Assembly: GCA_026387175.1 (NCBI GenBank)
Contig: JAPLME010000008.1
Span: 13,091 to 77,090 of the forward strand
DNA length: 64,000 nucleotides
From: Candidatus Omnitrophota bacterium
GTDB lineage: Bacteria; Omnitrophota; Gorgyraeia; 2-01-FULL-45-10
Direction of reading: 5' to 3'
Shown: one piece after another, positions 50,501 through 57,933 of the stretch
Layout: each line of letters begins with the position of its first letter
How positions within the stretch are numbered: the first letter of the stretch is position 1
The notes under the pieces: model-generated
Seen by the model: only the letters and a program-made list of their open reading frames with translations
The model's database searches: none
What the model was told of the DNA's origin: nothing
Made by a program: the position numbers and the translations under genes

Positions 50501-52836
50501 TAAAGCCCGGCATCAGTAAAGATTTTCTCGAGGTCATTCGATATGCCGCGGAACGTATAGAGGAAATTCGCATTGTCACTAACGGTTATCTTTTTCCGGA
50601 AGATATAGATGAAGCAAGGCGATTTTTCGCGCAATTCCCAAAAAATATATTATGGCAACTTTCCGTTGATAAATTTCATGAAGAGCAGTTTGCGCGTATG
50701 CCGGGCAGGGACAAAGATTCCCTTCAAAGAGTGGTAAAGGTTATGGAGCAATTAGCCGAGGAAGGTTTAATAAAGACCGCATATATAGCGCGGATCGAGC
50801 CGGGCGAATCCAGCAGGAATCTTATAGGGTATTTCGATTTGGAGAGTAAATATTATTCCGACTACAAGAGTATTTTTATAAACAAGGTTGTAGCTCAAGG
50901 CAGCGCCATTGCGAATATAGCTACTGCGAAGCCGCTTGATAATGAGGACGTTAGAAATCACGGCTTTGTTCCCAGTAAGCTCTTTCCTTTTATTGACACC
51001 GAGGGCAATTTCGTTACATCAGATCATGTGGCGTATATGACGGGAAATCAGAGAAAAGAGCTATCAAAGAAAATTCCTAAGAGAGCTATGGTAGTAGGCA
51101 ATATCAATTCTTCTCCATTAGGGAAGATCATCGCGGATAGACTCATATTTGGTAATTACAAAGACTGGATTTACATAGAAGAACTTGACCGGGTTACCTT
51201 TAAAGATGTGGTAAGAGCCCTGATACTCTATCAAAATGGGGATAAGAAGACGGCCATGTCAACCATGTTAAGTTTATTCAGGAAAAGCATAGAAAGCCCA
51301 AAGGAAATATTAAAAATCACCCACCATCTCACGGATCGCTTAAAAGACATCTCACTAATAAATTTTATCGAAGATTGTGAAAATAACGGGATTACTATTA
51401 TTGAAAGACAGGGAAAGAATAAAATTGATTTAGCTATGGCTGTGGGGATATTTCAGAAAAGGACAGACGTTTACCGTGACTTTGCAGAAGCGTTCGCTGA
51501 AGAGTATGAGGCTGAAGAAAGTAAGATACCTCTTCTTTATTTTTATGGTCCCTGTCCGATTTATGGTGTCTCATCAGGGTACTTTCAATTTCGAAATGAT
51601 AATGAGAGATTCTTCTCCGGAAGAGATCGCGGTTTTTATATTTCTATGCGCACAGGTTCGCCCGATGTTATTGAGGAACGTTTTATTAAAGATATGGAAC
51701 TTGCCGCGGATGGTATTGTGCACCATCCTGTTGGAGCGCTATATGATAAAAGAGATAGAAACTATCATTATGTAGTGGTGGAAGAAAATGGCGTAGACGT
51801 AGATGATGCGACTGAAATCAATGAGTTTGTCAGTGAGGCAGTTTTAGTGAACTACCACAAAGATAGTAAAATAGGCTGGAATATTAAAAAAATAGGCGAA
51901 TTTGCGGCAAAGCTCGATAAACACAATGTTAGTATAACAGCTAATGACTGCCGCAGATACAATACTATGCTATTACAGCGTAACAATGGCGATATTATGC
52001 TCTGGGGCCATTACACAGTTAAACGTGATCCTTGGGCGCCTAGCGCAAAAGACATGTTTAATGAACTGTTTCATGAAACACTTGAACGCGCATTTTCTCC
52101 GAAAGATAATAGATTAAAGTATTTAATGAAAATAGTGGACACCAATTTTATAAAAGGATATAACTCCGAATTTAATAAAGGTGGCATAGTGCGCTCGAAG
52201 GATATTATGCCACAGCCGCTCTTGGTATCAGTCCAAGAAGAAGCGTCCAAAATACATGCTGAAAATCTTGAGCATACCCCAGCTATACCGGATAAGACAA
52301 TAATATGCCACATCATCGCGGGTTCGATACTCCCTGCAGGGCAAAGAAATGTGCTAAAGACGCTTGAACAGAATATGAGAGATGAGAAATACAGCGAGAA
52401 AGTGGTGTCGCTATCAGTCGAAGATTCGGGCAGCCCGGAAGAGTTTATGAAGGAATTGGAAATCATAAAGGCCCGCGAGGAAGCCAAATATCCAGGTTAT
52501 AAAGTCCAATTCGACGTCGCCTGTCCTGATAAAGATCTTGTGAGTGCGATACAGGACAAAGGAATGCGCGCGCTCGCTTTCGCTAAAGAAGGAGACGGTG
52601 ATATAGTCCAGGTTGAAGGCATTATCTTGGCCTTGCGGGCTCTCCAGACAGGAAGCATAGATAATCTTATTAAGGTTTACAAGCTTCTCACAGGCAAAGA
52701 ATTCTCGCCAGGTACGAATGATATCAATGAATTAGCAAGGATGATGCTATTTATCCTGCCTGTTCGAAAAGTAGATCTTAACGCCCTCAGTGCACTGAAC
52801 AAAATTATAGAAGAGAATATCAAAACCGCGGCATAA
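44548..52836 (+). CDS. Giant 2762-aa multi-domain protein. Order of elements: signal anchor; radical-SAM core 1 (CNNDCLFC, residues about 321-328); a ChaN/Tiki-like region; a DUF89/ARMT1-like phosphatase-like region (DNHGE and KGAGNFHTL motifs); a PRK/uridine-kinase-type P-loop kinase (GLASAGKTT and VEG...VFVDVADTGKTLERAVQKEMGRD); radical-SAM core 2 (CPFNCSHC, GPGEPL, TNG, residues about 1929-2015); and a C-terminal region of about 600 aa of unknown function.
   Basis: Single uninterrupted ORF of 8.3 kb in a visibly AT-richer island. The motifs were read from the translation. The true start is uncertain (44548, or internal Mets at about 44620 or 44632) because there is no clear SD. Confidence 0.75.
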   Translation: MLSAKKDSYASIDLTTPYAILNTMYIFKMQYSILFRAIALFVACLFLANDISWAVPSSYSNYLETTTTLAVESRLKPFFEKHGLDFQNMFSVYCVTAELRNLIMKREVRDSDIVRLNRNLPQDEIQIERETVKSKFIKAASFESTGKDYKYAILNFKKSGKRIKMAFVDSKLESSERLELGIKTENDIDHFSSPGLEGVWFINIKPSSNFGSGNAAQTIYEMLSSYGDKEDILSDHGKRVLACIRDGSVSSDILGFDINKLRGSTLPQAIEQLVLPVEHGGLNNGKNSFFISPEEYLEKNPQWASSRFSIFPKSIRLVKGCNNDCLFCLAEGRRSVQSLPYPIAAQRILRTHFKRDGMRGRARAVAYYHGDEDIFHYIDKICGANIADLISFEQKFPSPVRFYTEMYTAGYSPFDPSMAYVKDAIGQLRGQKINERTYRIFITYHLFRPEIEEAILQKDKGKLIRAVRAYMRMYKELFLCQPGLEVLNRSALEEDANSSRVIKTIAAIQAQVLKHLKNEDETKEASPVFYDRCINWTRGHKAKSEFERLRKAESEDPELTAFLDSLVIEEIVAGWGAPPNAGPESPAQKGMSTHDTPSIDTGKLIEANEALSRVENYLRSDKIVIFGDMHRGELKPQDDEVWDRELFLDYVEQMGKLSMNFSVALELPYQLEDKLNDPSVSVEEFLDEYYKLIANEYSDEITRINSEIRGPYLYRLLTALKHFKIPVILIGDINGQLNGGFTTIDRIEQSNEDMTRKLLEGRKKYSNDSVLVMVGRNHVVPKVNPIWLGGREINSIPEMLRESATNVKLIRPDDIQHDEEDLAKFDLVIKVDGERQNEYLARQKDMSMRDASPIDRNGLSSLLFTRNRDGEIFLNIPVFEKIVNSVHSSRVLGSARYLSDLEGFVPLSKCKNDIDIMLFNQIGAKDKSAIIAKLVTELEKYGIVKIGQNGESVTVRFPGSEENAVLHITDQWNLNTIIYDIVRYQGNCLSMLQKIREGDIGPSLSDKTVKIYLSVSYYFGDPELYRSRLREFLDCKNEHEFEKLKDIIFRQDLDTLAERMHSLLDEEKLGVVRERINMKEPLESSRMGTNSALDLTALVNKLVEEISSKQAPEWMAQAYRPGRVLVSAEREGNDTIDAKIKQAKQHIMLATQDPILQARAEQALELLRRHPRVPELMILEFEGVAHRLIKLITGNEQAYQEYKRKLDEAIQPLYLQIRDQILKIPDRKEALRTAVIYAGIVNLLDITHAASIQEIADGLGVKIDFSKGLPSPTDIQYVLNKVYEYVVNEKAIIIDELEDFLARLEKNPPGGTILYFTDNHGEFTFDQLVIEQLLLAGYKVAVVSRGETVRDDVTRDEATTLLKANPNFRAFFADGRLTVTTDGSYFLGADLNQSTQHPDFLAAWRQSVGYISKGAGNFHTLFGQRLSLPGLYIRMMKKSQNSYQLLEEARGLTFSKKTPYDLALVYQPEVSSNGVSPRPGWAPLAGTDESTISRYGFQGKLIATDLDGLFEKIGDMVAEKDGRLLAVDGLASAGKTTLVKGNNALQVKGLKTYLENRFGRPVICLERDWFLKSREERKAVCAHLHPDEIFTEEAETHFDNEAYVQKLTEVLEFLNTKGPPGETYQLKGKAYNWISEKVDADLSDMGYVPPIPRNAIVIVEGQHTLAKTNPGFFDVKVFVDVADTGKTLERAVQKEMGRDEVRRRSADDIRKRMRQVDIPSSRALQERGNYMEHMDFVVMNDDLSRPLIYQSMGGDALLKANEGDVSLPISGKISPAGSIYSVFEYLCEHNITDKYHAISGNILAKAVGEEHVVRQKALSPKSIERDLRALLRLRLIKKGPRIGTAKDAPYYVPEAVKKKAYRILPVLEQFRGRDLRPTIPRLDDVYKNQILPILTESDIGSATLAFRLMNALTYADVKEDFNVMVTYKCPFNCSHCLAKDALRVGKGKDAEKGQLFALFDQLKGFKRIHIVGPGEPLAYGKDKLLKPGISKDFLEVIRYAAERIEEIRIVTNGYLFPEDIDEARRFFAQFPKNILWQLSVDKFHEEQFARMPGRDKDSLQRVVKVMEQLAEEGLIKTAYIARIEPGESSRNLIGYFDLESKYYSDYKSIFINKVVAQGSAIANIATAKPLDNEDVRNHGFVPSKLFPFIDTEGNFVTSDHVAYMTGNQRKELSKKIPKRAMVVGNINSSPLGKIIADRLIFGNYKDWIYIEELDRVTFKDVVRALILYQNGDKKTAMSTMLSLFRKSIESPKEILKITHHLTDRLKDISLINFIEDCENNGITIIERQGKNKIDLAMAVGIFQKRTDVYRDFAEAFAEEYEAEESKIPLLYFYGPCPIYGVSSGYFQFRNDNERFFSGRDRGFYISMRTGSPDVIEERFIKDMELAADGIVHHPVGALYDKRDRNYHYVVVEENGVDVDDATEINEFVSEAVLVNYHKDSKIGWNIKKIGEFAAKLDKHNVSITANDCRRYNTMLLQRNNGDIMLWGHYTVKRDPWAPSAKDMFNELFHETLERAFSPKDNRLKYLMKIVDTNFIKGYNSEFNKGGIVRSKDIMPQPLLVSVQEEASKIHAENLEHTPAIPDKTIICHIIAGSILPAGQRNVLKTLEQNMRDEKYSEKVVSLSVEDSGSPEEFMKELEIIKAREEAKYPGYKVQFDVACPDKDLVSAIQDKGMRALAFAKEGDGDIVQVEGIILALRALQTGSIDNLIKVYKLLTGKEFSPGTNDINELARMMLFILPVRKVDLNALSALNKIIEENIKTAA

Positions 52837-52887
52837 AGAGTCCCCTTATTGCTTTTCGTATAGAGTTAGCATATAATTGTATCTATT

Positions 52888-54258
52888 ATGCTGATAGATA
52901 CACATTGCCATCTCGACTTCAAGGATTTCGATCCTGACCGGGATGATGTCATAAATAGAGCATTGAAAGCCGGCGTGATGAAGATAATCAATGTCGCCAG
53001 CTCCATCGAAGGGTCACACCGCTCCGTCGAGCTTGCCAATAAATACGATATGGTCTACGCGACTGTCGGTGTTCATCCGCACGACGCGAAATCTGTTACC
53101 GATAGCGCTATCTCCGAACTCAAAGCGCTTGCCAAAGATAAGAAGGTGGTGGCGATAGGCGAAGTCGGATTGGATTATTATCGCAACCTTTCCCCCAAAG
53201 AAGACCAGGCCTCCGCTTTTAAGAAATTCGTATATCTTGCGCTCGATCTCGATCTGCCGCTTATTATCCACGCGCGGGAAGCCGATCGCGATGCGCTGGA
53301 TATGCTGAAAAGCGAGAAAAGAGATGCCTTGCGCGGCGTCATACACTGTTTTTCTGGCAATGCCGATTTTATGAAAGAATGCCTCGACATAGGATTCTTC
53401 ATATCCTTCACCGCCAATATAACTTTTAAGAAAGCCGACGATTTAAGAATGGTGGCGAGGGATATTCCGCCGGAGAGGCTCTTGCTGGAGACAGACGCGC
53501 CGTTCCTCGCGCCGCAGGCGATGCGCGGCAAGCGCAACGAGCCGGCGTATCTCACTCATCTCGTAGGTGAATGGTCGCGACTCCTCGACCTCTCCAAGGA
53601 TGATGTTGCCAGGATCACTACACATAACGCAAATTCACTGTTTAAGCTCAAACTGGACGAATCATCGAAGATCGCTTATGAGATCAGGGATTCGCTTTAC
53701 TTCAATATAACCAATAGGTGCACCAACTCCTGCGATTTCTGCGTGAGAAATCAGACCTCTTTTGTCAAAGGCCATAATCTTAGGTTGGATGAAGAACCGT
53801 CCGCTGAAGAGATAATAAAAACTATAAACCCCGCGAAGAAATATAAAGAGATAGTATTCTGCGGCTATGGTGAGCCGACCATGCGCCTGGACGTGATAAA
53901 AGAGGTTGCTGGCGCCCTGAAGGCCCGCGGGGGCGTTAAGATCAGGGTTGTGACTAACGGACACGGAGATCTGATAAATTCCAGAAATATCGCCAAAGAG
54001 CTTGCGGGGCTTGTGGATAAAGTTTCGGTGAGCTTGAACACCGATACGGCTGAAGCATATAACAAATACTGTAAGCCTGAATTCGGCCCGGACGCCTATG
54101 GCGCCGTGATCAATTTCATAAAAGACTGCGTAAAAAATAAGATCGAAGTCGAAGTGACGTGCCTGGACCTGCCGGGGGTCGACTTAAAGAGATGTGAAAC
54201 GATAGCGAAAGAGCTGGGTGGTATATTCCGTCCCAGATCGCTCGGGGTGGTCGGATGA
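52888..54258 (+). CDS. TatD-family metal-dependent hydrolase fused to a C-terminal radical SAM domain (TatD-associated rSAM family)
   Basis: N-terminal TatD motifs (IDTHCHLD, GEVGLDY, LPLIIHAR, LETDAPFL). The C-terminus carries CTNSCDFC (Cx3Cx2C), a CGYGEPT motif and VVTNGHG. Confidence 0.8.
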   Translation: MLIDTHCHLDFKDFDPDRDDVINRALKAGVMKIINVASSIEGSHRSVELANKYDMVYATVGVHPHDAKSVTDSAISELKALAKDKKVVAIGEVGLDYYRNLSPKEDQASAFKKFVYLALDLDLPLIIHAREADRDALDMLKSEKRDALRGVIHCFSGNADFMKECLDIGFFISFTANITFKKADDLRMVARDIPPERLLLETDAPFLAPQAMRGKRNEPAYLTHLVGEWSRLLDLSKDDVARITTHNANSLFKLKLDESSKIAYEIRDSLYFNITNRCTNSCDFCVRNQTSFVKGHNLRLDEEPSAEEIIKTINPAKKYKEIVFCGYGEPTMRLDVIKEVAGALKARGGVKIRVVTNGHGDLINSRNIAKELAGLVDKVSVSLNTDTAEAYNKYCKPEFGPDAYGAVINFIKDCVKNKIEVEVTCLDLPGVDLKRCETIAKELGGIFRPRSLGVVG

Positions 54259-55310
54259 GCAGGCTTTCCGGTTTTCTTAAAAGAGAGCGGCTCTACATAC
54301 TTCTTCTCGTATTTGTAACGATAGTGACTGCGTTGATATTGTTTACGCCGTCTGATAAAGTCAAACCTTCAGTCAATGTCGCAGATAAGCCCGCATCCGT
54401 AATGCCGGGAGAGAAGGCTTCAAGTGACCGCGAAGCCGTAGAAAAGGCATTGGCCAAAAATAAATATCTCTCTTTCACCCTCACTCTAATATCGCTTCTT
54501 GTGATTGCGCTATTTTTGCTGGGGGTCATAATAGACACGCTTCTTATATTATCCCGGTCAGAGAGAAATAAGGCTGATATAAGCACTTATAAAGCGCAGA
54601 AAGCAAAGTGGGGAATATGGGACGTTTTCAAAGTCGTCATTCTCTATCTTTTCTTCGTATATATACTACTGATCTCCGAAACTTCTCTTGTACGCGTCTT
54701 TAAGATGCTGAAGGATGATAACTTCAGGATGATCTTGAACACATCAATAATGGACATCCTTGGCATTGCTTTCATATTAAATTTTGTTGTCGTGCAGTAC
54801 AAAACGGGTCTTATATCGCTGGGATTATCGGTAAAGAACTTTTTTAGAAATGTATATTACGGGATCGTCGCCTATATAGCGCTGATACCCGTCCTTATAG
54901 GCATAATATCGGTGATAGCCATCGTGATAAGCCTGACAAAATACTCTCCGCAAAAACAGGCTGTAGTGGAGCTGTTCTTCAAGGAGAAGGACGTGTCGTT
55001 TTTATTATATACGAGCCTCTTCGCGGCTGTGGCCGGCCCGATAGTCGAGGAGATATTCTTCAGGGGGTTTCTTTACAGCGCTATAAAAAAATATATCGGG
55101 ATATTCTGGGCGACGCTTATTTCTGCAGCGTGTTTCGCGCTTCTCCATGCGCACCTGGTCGGGTTCCTGCCTATACTGGCGCTCGGCATTCTTCTCGCAT
55201 ATTTGTATGAGAAGACGGGGACTCTTGTGTCGTCGGTCACTGTACATATGATACATAATATTGGAATGGTGCTTTTAGTCTTTCTTGTAAAGCAGCTGGG
55301 AGTCTATTGA
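54255..55310 (+). CDS. CPBP-family intramembrane metalloprotease (CAAX protease / Abi domain)
   Basis: Multi-TM protein with the EExxxR motif (VEEIFFRGFLY) and conserved FxxxH/H motifs (FALLHAHL, HMIHN). Confidence 0.7.
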   Translation: MSRLSGFLKRERLYILLLVFVTIVTALILFTPSDKVKPSVNVADKPASVMPGEKASSDREAVEKALAKNKYLSFTLTLISLLVIALFLLGVIIDTLLILSRSERNKADISTYKAQKAKWGIWDVFKVVILYLFFVYILLISETSLVRVFKMLKDDNFRMILNTSIMDILGIAFILNFVVVQYKTGLISLGLSVKNFFRNVYYGIVAYIALIPVLIGIISVIAIVISLTKYSPQKQAVVELFFKEKDVSFLLYTSLFAAVAGPIVEEIFFRGFLYSAIKKYIGIFWATLISAACFALLHAHLVGFLPILALGILLAYLYEKTGTLVSSVTVHMIHNIGMVLLVFLVKQLGVY

Positions 55311-55313
55311 TCG

Positions 55314-56417
55314 ATGCCAAAGGTGGCGCTTGCGCGGTGCGAAGATTACGACCTGGACAATGTATATAATGCCGTAAAGAAGTCTATAGATCTTCTAGGC
55401 GGTATCGAGAAATTTGTAAGACCAGGGATGAATGTGCTTCTCAAGCCCAATCTGTTGACTGCCAAGGCCCCCGAAGACGCGGTCATTACTCATCCGGAGG
55501 TTGTAAGGGCCGTTGGCAGGCTCGTACAGAAAGCTGGCGGCGTAGTGTGGGTCGGAGATGCGCCCGGCGGATATGGTAAAAATATTGACGAAATATTTGA
55601 AAAGTCAGGCTTAAGGCATATCGCCAGCGAAGAAGATTTCGAGCTTGTGAAGTTCACGACCGCGAACTTCGTCGATGGTATTCCGATAGCGAAGCAGGTC
55701 TTCGACGCAGACTTTATGATATCGATACCAAAGCTCAAAACCCATTGCGTAACGGTAATGACAGCGGCTATCAAGAATACATTTGGCACGGTGACGGGCC
55801 TTTACAAGGCCGAGTGCCATTCCCGCGCGCCGAGAGAGAGGGAACTGGCTGAGATACTGGTGAAGGTGCACTCGATATCGAAGCCGGGGCTCACCGTGAT
55901 CGATGGCATAGTCGGCATGGAGGGCGATGGGCCGTCCGGCGGCAGTCCAAAGGCGATGAGCGTTGTTATGGCTGGCGAGGATGCGGTAGCGATCGATTCC
56001 TGTATCGCGAAGATGATCGGTTTAAATCCGCTCGATATAGAAGTCACAAAGAAAGCATATGAAGCGGGGCTGGGCGAGGCAGACCTTTCGAAGATAGAAA
56101 TAGCCGGGGACAGCCTCGAAGGTTTCATTGTCAAAAATTTTAAGCTTCCGCAAACTATGCCCTTAAATATTATACCGAGGCCTATATTGAAGTGGCTCTT
56201 AAGCATGGTAGGTTTTAAGCCTGTTATCGATGAGGGGGTATGCGTTCGGTGCGGCCTTTGTAAGACGGCATGTCCGACAGATTGTATAAATATCGAAGAA
56301 CACGCTTGCGGTATCGATTATAAAAAATGCGTCAGGTGCCTGTGCTGCCACGAGGTCTGCCCTTATAAGGCGATCTCGATCAAGCGCAATTTGCTGACCA
56401 AATTAATATGGGGATAG
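55314..56417 (+). CDS. DUF362-domain protein with a C-terminal 2x[4Fe-4S] ferredoxin domain
   Basis: DUF362 N-terminal part (VKPNLL...GDAPGG) and two CxxCxxCxxxCP clusters at the C-terminus. Confidence 0.7.
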   Translation: MPKVALARCEDYDLDNVYNAVKKSIDLLGGIEKFVRPGMNVLLKPNLLTAKAPEDAVITHPEVVRAVGRLVQKAGGVVWVGDAPGGYGKNIDEIFEKSGLRHIASEEDFELVKFTTANFVDGIPIAKQVFDADFMISIPKLKTHCVTVMTAAIKNTFGTVTGLYKAECHSRAPRERELAEILVKVHSISKPGLTVIDGIVGMEGDGPSGGSPKAMSVVMAGEDAVAIDSCIAKMIGLNPLDIEVTKKAYEAGLGEADLSKIEIAGDSLEGFIVKNFKLPQTMPLNIIPRPILKWLLSMVGFKPVIDEGVCVRCGLCKTACPTDCINIEEHACGIDYKKCVRCLCCHEVCPYKAISIKRNLLTKLIWG

Positions 56418-56449
56418 AAATGTTTACTACTAACAATAGGAGAGGCGAG

Positions 56450-56860
56450 ATGAAAAAAATTATCGTGTTATTGGCGGCGTGCGCATTGCTGAGCGGCTGC
56501 GCGACGCCGGGCGATGTCTGGAAAGAGTTCGTAGGCGCCTCCACTAAGGGGATTGAACAAGCAAGGGCGGACGCCATGACGAAGGTCTTCGATTACGATT
56601 ATAAGACGTGCTATGAAAAAGTAGAAGCGTTTGTAAAAACGATGCCCAATGTATCGATATACTCGAAGGATAAGGGTATGATAGCAATATATGTGATCAA
56701 TCCCAATACGACGCCGGCCGGTATCTTTTTCAAGGAGATAGATTCAACCCATACGCAGGTGGATGTATCATCAGAGAGCACGCCTACTAAGGAGTGGGTG
56801 GCTAATAGCATCTTTTCCGAAACAGTTCTGAAGCAGGAGAAGTCGGATATAAAATTCTGA
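56450..56860 (+). CDS. Small lipoprotein of unknown function
   Basis: Signal peptide with lipobox LLSGC. AGGAGAGG SD lies 4 nt upstream of the ATG at 56450. Confidence 0.6.
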   Translation: MKKIIVLLAACALLSGCATPGDVWKEFVGASTKGIEQARADAMTKVFDYDYKTCYEKVEAFVKTMPNVSIYSKDKGMIAIYVINPNTTPAGIFFKEIDSTHTQVDVSSESTPTKEWVANSIFSETVLKQEKSDIKF

Positions 56861-56879
56861 TAACAGACAAGGAGATCGG

Positions 56880-57920
56880 ATGCCGGTAGAGACGATCAAT
56901 TGGAAAAATGGGAAAATAAGATTTATAAACCAGGCTCTACTGCCCGGACAGATGAGGTTCGTCGATTGCGATAATACGGCGAGGCTCTGGAAGGCGATAA
57001 AGACTCTCGAGATACGAGGCGCTCCAGCCATAGGTATCGCGGGCGCGCTTGGGGTAGCACTGGGAGCCAATGCTTCAAAAGAGAAGCGTCCGGACTTATT
57101 TTTGCGTTCCTTGCGCAAAAATATAAAGTATCTCGCGTCGTCGAGGCCTACCGCCGTGAATCTATTCTGGGCGCTGGCAAGAATGGAACGTGTCGCGGAA
57201 TCCAATCTTCATAAACCGGTGGATGCGATAAAGAGATTACTGCTAAAAGAGGCGCTTCAGATACTTGAGAATGACAGAAAGAGCTGCAGGGCGATGGCCC
57301 GTTATGGCACGCGCCTGGTGAATACCGGCGATACGATCCTTACTCACTGTAACGCCGGCGGCCTTGCCACGGCCGATTATGGGACCGCTCTCGGCGTATT
57401 ATTCGAATCGAAGAGGCTCGGTAAGCGCATAAAGGTTTATGCTGACGAGACGCGGCCGTTACTGCAGGGCGCGCGCCTGACAACCTGGGAGCTTCTTCAT
57501 GAAGGTATCGACACCACGCTCATATGCGATAATATGGCGGCGAGCCTTATGGCCAAAGGCAGGATCGATAAGATATTTGTAGGGGCGGACCGCATAGCTT
57601 CTAATGGCGACGCCGCGAATAAGATAGGCACATACTCTCTTGCGGTGCTTGCGAAGTATCATAAAGTGCCTTTTTATGTGGTGGCGCCTGTCTCGACATT
57701 CGATCTTGGCATTAAGACGGGCAGAGAGATCCCTATTGAAGAACGTGACGGTGATGAAGTAAGGACTGTCATGGGTAAAAGGGTGGCTCCGAAGAATGTG
57801 AAAGTTTACAATCCCGCGTTTGATGTTACGCCGAACGGGCTGATAAGCGCGATAGTTACCGAAAAAGGGATATTTAAAAAACCGTACACAAAGACTTTAA
57901 CTAAACTGCGAAGTAAATAG
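56880..57920 (+). CDS. mtnA: Methylthioribose-1-phosphate isomerase (eIF-2B alpha/beta/delta family)
   Basis: IRGAPAIGIAGALG, CNAGGLAT and the full-length MtnA pattern. Confidence 0.8.
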   Translation: MPVETINWKNGKIRFINQALLPGQMRFVDCDNTARLWKAIKTLEIRGAPAIGIAGALGVALGANASKEKRPDLFLRSLRKNIKYLASSRPTAVNLFWALARMERVAESNLHKPVDAIKRLLLKEALQILENDRKSCRAMARYGTRLVNTGDTILTHCNAGGLATADYGTALGVLFESKRLGKRIKVYADETRPLLQGARLTTWELLHEGIDTTLICDNMAASLMAKGRIDKIFVGADRIASNGDAANKIGTYSLAVLAKYHKVPFYVVAPVSTFDLGIKTGREIPIEERDGDEVRTVMGKRVAPKNVKVYNPAFDVTPNGLISAIVTEKGIFKKPYTKTLTKLRSK

Positions 57921-57933
57921 TCAGGGCCGTTGT

